Assembly (NCBI GenBank): GCA_964106645.2
Contig: OZ067043.1
DNA: 64,000 nucleotides
From: Podarcis pityusensis
Taxonomy: Eukaryota
Direction: 5' to 3' (one strand)
Shown piece after piece: positions 27,801 to 37,768 of the stretch. The notes beneath the pieces are model-generated. The model did not search any database, had not been told where the DNA came from, and saw only the letters and a list, made by a program, of their open reading frames with translations. The translations under genes were made by a program, and so were the position numbers. The stretch's first letter is position 1. Every line of letters starts with the position of its first letter.

Positions 27801-28122
27801 CGGAACAAAAAACCGCCTCAGCTCCCAACGGAGGGAGCGCCTCTGGCGGCCTACGGGACGGCGGTGGTGGTGGTGGGGCGTGCCCCGCTCGCCCTTGCGC
27901 AGGACGCCGAGCGACGGAGGGGCGAATTGGGCGGCCTGCTTGAAAAAGCCTGCCGGGCCAGGCCGGCCTGGGAAGCGGCACCCATTGCCCGGTGCCGACG
28001 ATACACACCTGCCTAGCCCGTTGCAGCGCGTCTTTAAAAGCATCATTGACTGCCCCGCCACCTCCTCCGCCTCCCCCGGGCGCGCCCGAAGAAGGAGGGG
28101 GTACCGTAGAGTAATCCGCCAT
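1424..28122 (-). CDS. FUBP1: Far upstream element-binding protein 1, full multi-exon CDS span (641 aa; 661 aa with the 2040-2099 cassette)
   Basis: Manually spliced: 20 GT-AG exons sum to 1926 nt, starting [13 protein letters not shown], with four KH domains (GxxG loops IIGRGGE, VIGKGGE, VIGRNGE, IIGKGGE), tyrosine motifs AW..YY and C-terminus PPAPQGQ*. Next to DNAJB4 and GIPC2 as in other amniotes. Confidence 0.98.
1564..1572 (-). CDS. FUBP1: FUBP1 alternative terminal acceptor (GF*)
   Basis: ttctcctcccag|GGT TTT TGA; downstream codons SHAGSHHH resemble the mammalian GFANHARSHHHLY terminal isoform as I recall it. Confidence 0.55.
   Translation of the reverse strand, partial: GF
1809..1954 (-). 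CDS. FUBP1: FUBP1 exon 19 ([29 protein letters not shown]...PPAPQ)
   Basis: 146 nt, CAG|GTATAA donor. Confidence 0.96.
2040..2099 (-). CDS. FUBP1: FUBP1 cassette exon 18a ([20 protein letters not shown]; extra tyrosine motif)
   Basis: 60 nt, ttttgcag acceptor, AAG|GTAATG donor, phase 1-1, clear paralogy to exon 18. Confidence 0.9.
4395..4648 (-). mobile_element. tRNA-derived SINE, Squam3-like, full length
   Basis: 5' GAGAGCCAGTGTGGTGTAGTGG (A box), GGTTCGCGTC (B box), GGTGACCTTGGGC core, (TTC)n tail. Confidence 0.85.
5828..5902 (-). CDS. FUBP1: FUBP1 exon 18 ([25 protein letters not shown]; tyrosine motif 2)
   Basis: 75 nt, phase 1-1. Confidence 0.96.
7844..7969 (-). CDS. FUBP1: FUBP1 exon 17 ([22 protein letters not shown]...TNGQ; tyrosine motif 1)
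   Basis: 126 nt, AG/GT boundaries. Confidence 0.96.
8413..8492 (-). CDS. FUBP1: FUBP1 exon 16 ([26 protein letters not shown])
   Basis: 80 nt, AG/GT boundaries. Confidence 0.96.
9025..9176 (-). CDS. FUBP1: FUBP1 exon 15 (Pro/Gly-rich [13 protein letters not shown]...PGPAPH)
   Basis: 152 nt, lies within ORF 9021..9251. Confidence 0.97.
9679..9839 (-). CDS. FUBP1: FUBP1 exon 14 ([13 protein letters not shown]...LIEEKIG; KH4)
   Basis: 161 nt, AG/GT boundaries. Confidence 0.97.
10253..10394 (-). CDS. FUBP1: FUBP1 exon 13 ([17 protein letters not shown]...TGLIIGK)
   Basis: 142 nt, RG repeat and KH4 start. Confidence 0.97.
10870..11304. mobile_element. Probable solo LTR (435 bp) in FUBP1 intron 12
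   Basis: TGT...ACA termini, CCCCC flank on both sides (10865-69, 11305-09), GC/CpG-rich block in an AT-rich intron. Confidence 0.6.
12184..12284 (-). CDS. FUBP1: FUBP1 exon 12 ([14 protein letters not shown]...LLRSVQ)
   Basis: 101 nt, CAG|GTTGGT donor. Confidence 0.96.
12376..12478 (-). CDS. FUBP1: FUBP1 exon 11 ([17 protein letters not shown]...IQFKP; KH3)
   Basis: 103 nt, AG/GT boundaries. Confidence 0.97.
12658..12783. mobile_element. hAT-type MITE
   Basis: TIR CAGGCTTCCTCAACCT...AGGTTGAGGAAGCCTG; 8-bp TSD ctgtacac/ctgtaaac. Confidence 0.85.
13166..13267 (-). CDS. FUBP1: FUBP1 exon 10 ([15 protein letters not shown]...GGNEGLD)
   Basis: 102 nt, AG/GT boundaries. Confidence 0.97.
13360..13458 (-). 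CDS. FUBP1: FUBP1 exon 9 ([13 protein letters not shown]...GDPYKVQ)
   Basis: 99 nt, AG/GT boundaries. Confidence 0.97.
13545..13707 (-). CDS. FUBP1: FUBP1 exon 8 ([13 protein letters not shown]...[13 protein letters not shown]; KH2 start)
   Basis: 163 nt, AG/GT boundaries. Confidence 0.97.
14192..14249 (-). CDS. FUBP1: FUBP1 exon 7 ([20 protein letters not shown])
   Basis: 58 nt, AG/GT boundaries. Confidence 0.96.
14511..14582 (-). CDS. FUBP1: FUBP1 exon 6 ([24 protein letters not shown])
   Basis: 72 nt, KH1 GxxG loop. Confidence 0.97.
14671..14720 (-). CDS. FUBP1: FUBP1 exon 5 ([16 protein letters not shown]; KH1 start)
   Basis: 50 nt, AG/GT boundaries. Confidence 0.96.
16085..16124 (-). 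CDS. FUBP1: FUBP1 exon 4 ([14 protein letters not shown])
   Basis: 40 nt, AG/GT boundaries. Confidence 0.94.
17745..19040 (+). mobile_element. Degenerate CR1 LINE 3' region interrupted by a hAT MITE and LINE 3'-tail fragments
   Basis: CR1-like segments (ttcataaatgacctggag; aagggcaaccaagatgatc; ttagacaaattcttggagaataaggctatc) separated by inserts; ends approximate. Confidence 0.6.
18316..18380. mobile_element. Internally deleted hAT MITE (65 bp)
   Basis: CAGGCATAGG...CCTATGCCTG termini; perfect 8-bp TSD ATTTATAG. Confidence 0.8.
21100..21760 (+). mobile_element. L2/CR1-group LINE 3' fragment
   Basis: actggattattgcaacgtgctctatgtgggg (LDYCN..Y motif) followed by a T-rich 3' tail; ends approximate. 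Confidence 0.65.
21589..21713. repeat. Near-perfect inverted repeat: 61-bp arms, 3-nt loop, 1 mismatch
   Basis: 21589-21649 is the reverse complement of 21653-21713. Confidence 0.95.
21768..21807. repeat. (TA)n microsatellite
   Basis: About 20 TA units. Confidence 0.95.
22363..22404 (-). CDS. FUBP1: FUBP1 exon 3 ([14 protein letters not shown])
   Basis: 42 nt, AG/GT boundaries, phase 1-1. Confidence 0.94.
23170..23317. other. Assembly gap (N run) in FUBP1 intron 2
   Basis: Ns. Confidence 1.
24053..24143 (-). CDS. FUBP1: FUBP1 exon 2 ([30 protein letters not shown])
   Basis: 91 nt, tttcag acceptor, GAG|GTATGC donor. Confidence 0.96.
24730..25630 (+). mobile_element. Degenerate L2-type LINE fragment
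   Basis: gctaataaactgcagctgaacactgacaagataaaa (N.L.LN..K) and actgggttactgtaatgcg (L.YCN) motifs; ends approximate. Confidence 0.6.
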
Positions 28123-28870
28123 GTCCGCTTCGCCGCTTCCTACCGCGCTCTCTGCCTGCCAAGAAAGAAAGAAAATGGCGGCGGGCGGGAGCCTTTCACA
28201 TTCCTGCGTCGCATCGTGTTCCACGAGAGGAGGGCGGGGGGTTGGGGAGGGGGAGGAGGCGCGCGGCAAGAGCTCGCGAGACGCCGATGAAAAGGGCATG
28301 AGATTTCAAGGCGGGAAGGTAAAAAAAGGGAGGGGGAAAGCTTTTGAAGAGGGAAAAGGGAGGAGATTATCGCGAGATGGGACGAATTACAGGCCGAGAT
28401 TTGCAAATGTGGAAAGGGGAGGGGTTGCGTACTCCCTTAGGGGGCGTGAGAGGCTCGCGCGATTTCTTCGCGAGGGAGCTGCCGTGGTGACGTTTTAAGC
28501 GGGGTGGGCGGCATTACATCTCGCGATAGGTTATCCCCAAAAGCCCTCCCTCTCGCGCTCTTTTTTTAAAACCCCCTCCCCCGGGCGTTTTGACGTTTCT
28601 CCAGAGCCGGCGTGTTCGGACAATAGCGGAGGGGAGGAGGCGGCTCTGAGGGAGTTGCCGTCGCGTCTCTCGAGGAGCGCCGTCGTCGCGGCCTTAGCCT
28701 CTGGGCCTGCGAGTGAGTCTGTCAGGGCGGGTGGAGTGAGCGCGACGAGGGCCTGCCTCTCTCAGGGGGCAAGGCGCGTAAAGTAACGGGCTCGGGCCGC
28801 CGTTCGCGGTCGCCTTATATATAGCGACAAACCCAAGCAAAATTGGTGGGCCTGCGAAGCGCAGCTAAAG
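27200..28870. promoter_or_regulatory. CpG island: bidirectional FUBP1(-)/DNAJB4(+) promoter
   Basis: High GC/CpG around FUBP1 exon 1; YY1 motif AAAATGGCGGC at 28172-28182; several TCGCGA (BANP/ZBTB33-type) motifs; TGACGT half-CREs; GC boxes. Confidence 0.85.
28009..28122 (-). CDS. FUBP1: FUBP1 coding exon 1 ([10 protein letters not shown]...DALQRARQ)
   Basis: ATG at 28122, 114 nt, donor CAG|GTGTGT. Confidence 0.97.
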
Positions 28871-29733
28871 TTTTGATAAACGTTGTTAAAACGAAAGAGA
28901 AGCGCACGCCCCTGAAACAAGCATGTAAGGTCCCGGAGAAAACCATGAATGCTGATTTCGTATCTGCCCATAACGTTTATATTAAAGCTTTTCCACCTGC
29001 TGTTCCCAAAAAACAAACACGTGTTTTTTTCCTCCAGGCGGTGATGTCTTAAATTTGGATGTGGCGGGGAGGGGAGGGGCAAATGTCTCGTGGGTTTCTG
29101 GTACTGATGCATAGGCCTCAGAAACACTCCAGGGACTAGATGCTATCTGTAAGTAATAACATGCCCTAAGGGGCTTGCATCCGATTCCCACCCCCAAATT
29201 CTGGGAACAGTAGCCTGTGGGTGCTAGAAACCGTAGCTCTGCAAGAGGGTGAACTGCAGTTCCCAGGATTCTTAAGAGGTGGGGATGTGCTTTTAAGTAT
29301 ATGGTGTGTATTTTCCATGCACCATCTAATCTAATCCTTTCTAAATGCATTACAGTTATAGCATCTTGGACATTTTGGATCAGACAAACTCCTTGGGCTG
29401 TATCCAACTGGAATCCATACTCTCCCCCCCCCCCTTTATGCTGGACTGAGGGTGGGGGACACATGTTTTGGGCGTGGTTTCTGCCTGCACAGTGATGCTG
29501 TGAAACTCCACTTTCAGCCTTTCAAATGTGCAGGTGGATTGAAGTGCCACTGGCAGAATCTCAGCAGTGCCGAGCCCACACAAGCTGACCCTATCGCTGC
29601 CACATAACAGCAAGCCCAATTTTGGCTTGAGCAGCTCCAGGCCAGTGCAGCAATCTGCCTGACCCGCTACCCTGGCTACCAAGTGTGTAGCAGGGCTGCA
29701 GGTACAACAGGGTTCCTGCTGCTCTGTAAAGTC

Positions 29734-29974
29734 CCACACTTACCTTTGTTCCACATTTCTAGGCACAGGTCCAGGCTTTCTAGGTCTTTTTTTCTTTTTG
29801 CTCCAGTGCTTACTCCAAAACTCCCTGCTCTTTGCTGCTAAATCAGATCAAACAGCAATCTGCAGAAAACCCATATTGCCATTTACTCCAATTTGGCAGT
29901 AAACATCAGGTTTTCCTGGGGAAAGTGGCAGGTGGACCTGTGCCTAGAAAGTATGGAGCAAAAGGTAAGTGTGG
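29734..29974. mobile_element. Palindromic MITE-like element
   Basis: About 40-bp imperfect terminal inverted repeats (ccacacttacctttg...ctaggcacaggtcca / tggacctgtgcctag...aaggtaagtgtgg). Confidence 0.55.
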
Positions 29975-31143
29975 ATGAGCTCATACTTGGAAGTAAATTT
30001 GGTGAATTCAGTAAAGTCTGTTGATTACAAGGGCTCTATTCTGAGTATGACTTAATTGGAGACAATCCTTTATCTTAATCTGTGATCTTAAACTTGCATG
30101 TCTAGTTTAGTGTAGTGTTTTTAGACTGTTCTGTAAAATCTTGAGGTTGATTGGAAACTTAATGATTCCTCAATAAGTTCAGTAATTGTGTACAACCTTT
30201 GCTGAAACACAGCTTGTCTGCTGTTGTTGATGTTCCTTTGCAATGTATGACTGCAGGGAAGTGTGACACTGGGTCATAGATGACAACTGTGGGTCCCAAA
30301 GATACTGCTATGTGGAAAGTGCTTCTTCAGGATAGAAAAGTTTGAAAACCAAAATCCCATTGGTGTCAAAAACTTTCCAAAACAGTATATATAGGATTGG
30401 GTTATATTATGTGTTAAGCAGGGAGAAATATATCCCAAAGTGCAGGGTCCATAGAAGAAGCGGTAACTTGCATGTTAGATTTATATTTTTTGTAAGACAT
30501 ACAGTTACACTGTTTTCCTTTTTATCTGAAAGATTTACGTAGGGTTCACTAGGCAAGATTTAGTGAGTTAAGGGACTTAGTGTTGACACTTTAGCCTTGA
30601 TATATGGTAAGTTGCACAATTCTCTCTTAATTCCTTGAACATAGTGATTGGTGGAAACAATGATATGGGGGTATTGTGCAGCTTTTTTTGCCTTCAAGCA
30701 GAGGAGACAGGCTCAATGCGACAGACATCCTCAAAATAATTCATAATGTGTTTTTTCTGGAATCCACTGCTCATCTTAACATCTATTTTGAAGCTGTGAG
30801 CTTGCGGCGGGGGGCAAGAAATAGGAATGATCATGGGACAGCCAGAGAAGTTTCATTATCAGGAGTACACCACAAATTGAAATTTGTAAGATAGTCATTG
30901 ACCTAGGTTCAAATTGCTGCTTGATATGAAAATAACATTGACCCTGGGCCAACCACTACCTCAGCTATATACCTACAACACATGATTAAGACTAAAGAGC
31001 AAGTGGCAAAGAAACTACACTGGACAAAGGGCGAGTTTAATGTAACAAAAACAACTACAGTACTTATTTTCCATAATGTTTCTAAACTGAAAACCTTGGG
31101 ATGGTAAGATTTCTAGTATCTGTAAAGATTAATATTTGTTTAG

Positions 31144-31159
31144 TGACCTCTAGTGGGCA
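31144..31159 (-). promoter_or_regulatory. Candidate CTCF motif
   Basis: Reverse complement contains CCACTAGAGGTCA, close to the CTCF core consensus. Confidence 0.35.
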
Positions 31160-34072
31160 TAATCAGATGGTGCTCATATAAAACATCCAAAGAGTTTAAA
31201 ACACAGTTTTTCAAAATGTACTAATAAAATAGCTTGCAAGCGTTTATCCACAATAAGAAGTTGGTTACATTTCATGCAATTTTCCCTGAAGCATAAACAT
31301 GCTGGCAGTAACTGATGAGAGTTGTAATTCAGCAACATCTAGAGTTCCATACGTTCTTGATCCTGCTTTACAGCTTAATTTAGAGGAGGAGGAGCACTAG
31401 ATTGCGCACTGACTCATGAACTGCATGTAATCACATGAAGTTCATTATTTCGTGAAAGTGTTCTTGCCCCACAACAAAGGGAACTAGACTCTTGGAGTGG
31501 AGAGCTGCTTGGCTTTTTCCCTGCTATAACAACATAACCCATGCTAGGCCTTCGTTTAATATTCCTGCATTCCACAGGAGGTTTTTTCGGGGGGAAGAAT
31601 GAGAAGAAAAGCCTTTTGGAAAGAGCAACCATTGAATTATTTATAGTCGGATCTAGACAGGATTTTGTGGTAGCTGAACGGATGTTTCTGAGGCGAATCA
31701 TCGGCAGTGCTTAAATCATTCTCTATTTTTGTAAATAGATTTAGCGAAGGTAAAATCTTGAGGGAAGCAATATAGTTGCACAATTTGTAAATCTTTTTGA
31801 GGATTTGCAGTCAGGTGTGGTACAACTTGCAGTACCTTGGGCAAAGGGCTTCTTGCTGACTGCATCTAAATGGCTCATTTCATAAGCTGCTGTCAAGTAG
31901 AATGGGGGTAGGCAACACCCCTCACTACTTGTTTGCAAGGGAAAACACATTCTTGAGTTATGAATACAAATACTGAATATGGTAGTTCTGGGTTGTTATT
32001 TGTAACATGCCATATTATTTGTAACAGGTTCGAAGAAGGGCCTCTTGTGAGATATGGAGTGGCACAGGAATATTAAAACTCAAAGACTTAAGCAACCACC
32101 TTTAGTTGTTTCTGATCTGAATAGACAAATTATGCTCAGAGCTATGCAGCTTTCTCTTTCTGTAGAGCTCCTAATGTGTGACATCATCTGGGAATTTTAG
32201 TTCAAAACATTTGTCGCTTCTGTCACCCAATTACCTGCCATGGATCTTCCTGCTGGTTAGGTTTAAGGAATCAAATCCAGTCTTTTCTTACTGGATTTCA
32301 CAGCGCAAGAGAATTGGACTTCTAAGTTTTCTGTAAACTTTAACTTTAGCACTGTGAGTCATACTCCAATGTGTGGGTGGAGAAAAGCCCTTGAGAGTAA
32401 GTCTCTGGCATGGATACTTGGAAACACACTCCACCCCCCTGAAATACATTGCATGTCTACAGCTGAAATTTGTGCTGTTCCTTTTTTGGTAAAGTTTTGA
32501 TAGGAATAATTTTCTTATGCTCTACTTGGGATTAAATAGTGGGATAGACACTAAGTCATGTTTTAAAGTACTTCTAGAAAGTAAATGAGAAGAGCTCTAA
32601 TTATTCACTGGTATATTTTTGAGGATGTTTACCTTTTTCTCAACCCCATTACCCATGACATATTTTAATCTGCTGGACATGCATTGGCTGAATTTTGATG
32701 AAATGCTAAACTGGTTCAGTACTTGTAGTATGGCTATAAGGTGGAGTTTTTGAGCTTTCATTCCAGATTAAAGCACAGTTTAGTGTCGCCGCCCCTTAGA
32801 TACTGGTTAATCTTAACTATGATTAGTTGAAACAAGACAGCTTCATAAACTACTGTATGAAGCTGGCTTGTTTCAACAAACCATAATCAGGATAACTATG
32901 GTTTGCCTGTGTTCAGATGACATGGGTAGCTGGAGGAAACGTGTGGGAGCCTGAAGGCTGATGAGGCTTGTTCTCATAATGCTAAATGAAGTAGTTTCAA
33001 AATGTTGGTTGGCTTCCTTAAAAGTACCTGGCAAAAGATAGGCCAGGAAGAGGAAACTTTCTTAGGAGAAGTATTTTACACTATGTCGAAGAGGAACCTA
33101 GAGAAAATGAGAGAAAATTCTTTGCTTTCAGAACAGAACCCTTGCACTCTGATCATGGATTCCATGCAGTTGTTGTGTCATGTTAATTTTCAGCTGCTTA
33201 GTGTTCAATATCCTTTGTGTGACATTGAACTGAGTGTCTGAGTAAAATTCTCCACTGATGTACAGTACACAAATAGCATGAGCAACAGCAGAACAGACAG
33301 TTTTTCTATAAGCTTCAGTACTCTTCTGTCTTTGCTCTCTATTAAGCCCATCACAAAAGTTGGTTTCTATGTTGGTCTTGCCAAAAACAAAGCCAGTGAA
33401 AGAATCTGACTAGAGCTTTTACTTGGCAACTGAAAGACAAGGAGAGGATGTTTACACAAAATATTCCCTGCTCAGTTCCAGAACATGATATCCTGAGTTC
33501 CTTTCTCACAAAAATAAACTGAGCAGATCAGGATCAGAGGAAACTTCACGTATTGCTGTGTGTAAGGATTGTGGTCAGGTAAGGTCCTGTTTTCCTTTAC
33601 GAGAGTTATTTACCTTTTAAGTTAGGTGGACAGAACATAGCCCCAGAAACAGCTGTCCAATATGTATCCGTTTCTGCCATAACCTTAAAATTGCCAGACT
33701 GTATGTAGGATGACAACAGCCACCATTTGTGCTGTGGAAGCTGCTCATTCCAACTCCTTCCTGCTCTGGTCATGCAGAGAAGTGTATAGGAAGAAGACTG
33801 TACTAGGATATGTTGAAGGCAGAAGAATGGGGCAGGATGATAGAACAGAGGGAAGCACCCATTAACTTTTATTTACATAGGTTGGCAAAGTAAGATAATA
33901 AGTTTTTTGTAAAATAAGTTCTTGTTGCCTCTCTCTTTGCATACAAAAGCTATTCCTACCAATTCTTTACAGCAAGTTACAGCATGCTATATGATGCCTC
34001 ACTATACACACCTCACCTTGCTTCCAGTAAAACCACCAGCCTTGGTTTTAAAGGCTAGATGTCCATCTAGAC

Positions 34073-34295
34073 CAGGGACGTCTAACTCCCAATAGACTGC
34101 GATCTACTCACAGTATAAAAAAACTGGCAGTGATCTACCCATTGTCGTTGGATGGACCAAAGTTGTTGAGCTTATTTTAGGAAACCACAGTTGTTCCCCC
34201 CTTTTTTGGGGGGGAGATCACTGAGGGGCCAAATACCTACCAGGAACACCTTGTGATCTATCAGCAGATCACGATCTACCTGTTGGACATGACTG
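34073..34295. mobile_element. hAT-type non-autonomous DNA transposon
   Basis: CAG...CTG termini with imperfect TIRs; perfect 8-bp TSD ATCTAGAC. Confidence 0.75.
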
Positions 34296-34399
34296 ATCTA
34301 GACCAATAGATAACTCAAATTCCATGTTGGAAATAAAAAGGAAAAAAAGGCTTTACAAATAGAAATGTGTTTTTTTTATTTAGATTGACCTGTTATTTA

Positions 34400-34658
34400 C
34401 CGTATTTTTCGCTCTATAAGACGCACCAGACCACAAGACGCACCTAGTTTTTAGAGGAGGAAAACAAGAAAAAAAATATTTTGAATCTCAGAAGCCAGAA
34501 CAACAAGAGGGATCGCTGCGCAGCGAAAGCAGCGATCCCTCTTGCTGTTCTGGCGTCTGGGATAGCTGCGCAGCCTGCATTCGCTCCATAAAACGCACAC
34601 ACAGTTCCCCCTACTTTTTAGGAGGGAAAAAGTGAGTCTTATAGAGCAAAAAATACGG
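34400..34658. mobile_element. Tc1/mariner-pogo (Tigger-like) MITE
   Basis: TIR CCGTATTTTTCGCTCTATAAGAC...GTCTTATAGAGCAAAAAATACGG, TA TSD, internal GC-rich hairpin. Confidence 0.85.
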
Positions 34659-37290
34659 TACTTTGAATTGTTCACGCTACTTGAACTGTTTCGGTTAATA
34701 GAATAGATCACATCATTTTGAAGCCATGTTGTAGAAAATGGAATAAGCTCTTCCCTAGGTCTTGCCTTGCTATTAACAGGAATATGTTATTCAAACAAGC
34801 TATAAATACACTTTCTGAAGAAAAGACCAGCTGTATTTTCATCTCATTTTATGGTTATATAATGTGTCAGAAACAGCAGCACAAATACCACCTCGCATGT
34901 AAAAAAAGAAATATACACATTACTAATTTTAACTGCAAAAATGTTTTTGATGAATATGTGTGTTTTCTATTGGTAAACTGGTTTGACATAGGGACTTGAA
35001 TCTATAAAAGAAAAAGAAAGCCAAAATGTCATTTAATAAGTCACACACAGTTTCATGTCCACCCCCTTTCCCACATATGCTCGACTTACGGTGGCAGCAC
35101 TGCTTTTTGTTTTGCTTCACTCACATCTCTGTGGACTAAGTCAAGCAGAATTGTGAAATGGCTCGTGAAATATTTCAGAGTTGGTATGAGGATAAGGACT
35201 CACCAACATGTAATGAGAATTGCTCCCTGTTTATTTCCATGAAGAATCTTCTGGTGTAGTGAGAAGTGATACTAGTGAAAGAAGAGGAATGTGTTATTTG
35301 GATTGCTTGTGTGTCCAAATTAACTACTAGAGTATGCTGTGTTCCAGAGCAAGTCAAAGGTTTTTGTGCACACATCTGTGCCCTTTCCATTCATATCTGA
35401 CACACAGAGGACACAAGTGTCATTGTTGGAATGCCTGTTTTATTTTTGGCAAAAGGTTTCTAGGCCATCTTTCAGACAAAAGTTTCAAGGTAGCTAACAA
35501 AAAAATCAGTTGGCTTTGGTAGGATGATGTGGAGTAGGCAATCTACGAGGTATGAGAACTAAACAATTCAGAGGAAAACTATCTTGAGTTGCTCCTGAAG
35601 GCTATAGAAAATGCTGCAACACAAGTGTAACTTTGCTGGTGGTAGCCTATTCTACTTCCTCCCAATGTCTCTTGGCAGGCTTTCTCCCATCCTCATTCTT
35701 CCCCACCCGCCTCAAACATCCATCCATTCCCTTATTTGGACAGCTGTATTTGAGAAACTTCATATAATTTCAGCTGTTGCACTTCAGTAGAATTTATCGG
35801 GAATGGAATTCTGACTGTCTGTTGGGGTGTGCGGAAGAAAACTGGGAGGGAAGAGAAATGCAATGGGGAGTGCTGAACAGGATCACTCTACACTGCATCT
35901 CTTTGTTGCATACCTTACATGCATTTCTTCAAATTATAAGAAAGCTGCAAGGGAGATGGGCAAAGGGAGGGATAAATTCCCCCAAGGACACCCCCCAGGC
36001 CCTTTGTAATCAGGACTGAATGAGCAAACCGTCTCTTGGCATGGAGCAGCTGTTGAGGGCAGGTTCCAAACTCTCTCTTGGAATTCCGAACATTGGTAGA
36101 AAGAAATTCTAGTCTTGACGTCAATGGCAGTTCTATTATGAGAAATTTAAAGGCAAAAAGATAATGCCTTCATGGATGTTCCAAGGCTCTCCTACCCTGA
36201 GACTTGGAAAATGATTGATTGTACTGTGCTATTCACCATGTCGCCTATAATGCGTAGGTTCTGAGAATACACACTGGCTTCAAAGGTATCAGAATCCACC
36301 GCTTACTGGAATAAGCAAACAAACATAAACTAGAATGCTTGAATTTCACTCCGGTGTGAAATCAATGTAACAAATGGATGATTTTAACTGCTTGGGTTCG
36401 GCAGTCAAAAAAGCCTTGATAGAGAATATGTGGTTGGGTTCTCTCTTAACAGGCGTGCAAACTGGCTCTTTGGGAAAGAGAAGAGTGAAACTATAATACA
36501 TAATTTAAGTCATGGTCTTTTGTAAGTCATACTTACTGCAATCTAAGGTTAACTGAAAAGCAACTATTAGCCCCTATTTACTTTTATATTTTCCCTGAAA
36601 CAATTGAAATTGGCTCTTGTTGCTTCTGCTGTTTCAGCTACCTGATTGTACTGTCCACCTATATATTGGTGCCACCTGCAACTAAAATGACTGCAAAAAA
36701 CTGACAGGTTGCTTTTTGTACCCTACTCTGTGCTAGGCTTTTTTTTCCAGCATTTGACATTCCATGAGGAAAGCAAATTCACGCAAAGGCTTAATCTATT
36801 TTGTATCTGTCACTCGTGCCTAGAGGGTAGCATGGAAAGTGACTGGTGCTGCGAGGCAATCAATCATTCAGTTGTGTTGCTGCTAGTGAAGCACTTGCAT
36901 TTTGCTTTTATAGGCTGAATGTGAAGAAATCAAAACCAATGTACTGGGAGCAGGAGACATGGCCTGTGCTTTATAAGATCTTTACTTTCCCATAATTTTT
37001 GTTGTTAATTGCATGCCATCTCTATCCTGTTAACCAATTCCTCACAACTAAGAAATCAGGGTGTTGTTGTTGTTTTTTATCTAACAGTTTCGTTTTTCAC
37101 ACTTATTACTTTATCACAGTGTGCAAAATTTGACCAGTGTCTGAAATACATAGGTCCATATACAAAAGGAAAGTGGGGGTTAAGGTTTTTCCTCCCCTAT
37201 CAGCAATTCATTCAGATTCAGAGGGAGAAGGACATTGAACAGTTAACTGCAGAAAGGGAACACTGCAGAGTTTTGGCTGTAGTTAGCTTG

Positions 37291-37440
37291 GGAAGTGACG
37301 TCTTACAGCATTTGCTGTTCTAGAAAGAGCACAGACACGTAGTATAATTGGGAGGGCTCTGGGTGGCAGTGTCTCTACCACTGTGTATATTTATCTGTAT
37401 GAAACGACCAAGGAGGGGAGAATGTAATAAGCAGTCTGCC
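37291..37440 (+). promoter_or_regulatory. Proximal DNAJB4 promoter candidate: ETS-CRE composite GGAAGTGACGT and a partial heat-shock element
   Basis: GGAAGTGACGT at 37291-37301; TTCTAGAA at 37318-37325 (two nGAAn units only); about 250 bp upstream of the ATG. Confidence 0.45.
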
Positions 37441-37557
37441 CGCTGCTTACTAAAACTGCTGCTCTTGTGACTTCTGTTAACGCTTTTCCAGCAACATCGC
37501 AAGCTGAGAAACTGGACGCTGTTATATAGAAGGAAATAAACTTTGTGAAGGTTCAGT

Positions 37558-37768
37558 ATGGGAAAGGATTATTATTCTGTTCTTGGGATCGAAAAGGGAG
37601 CATCTGATGAAGACATAAAGAAAGCTTACAGAAAACAAGCCCTTAAATGGCATCCAGATAAGAACAAATCTCCCCACGCAGAAGAAAAATTCAAAGAGAT
37701 TGCAGAAGCTTATGAGGTGCTGAGTGATCCCCAAAAAAGAGAAATTTATGATCAGTATGGAGAAGAAG
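37558..37768 (+). CDS. DNAJB4: DnaJ homolog subfamily B member 4, coding exon 1 (J domain with HPD motif)
   Basis: [37 protein letters not shown]...YGEE; 211 nt; AAG|GTAAAA donor. Confidence 0.97.

Noticed and set aside
27331-28498. Many overlapping ORFs of 70-219 aa around FUBP1 exon 1
   Set aside because: Expected from stop-codon scarcity in a CpG island; only 28009-28122 matches a known protein.
28812-28826. CArG/TATA-like ccttatatatag
   Set aside because: Does not fit CC(A/T)6GG and has no associated start-site evidence.
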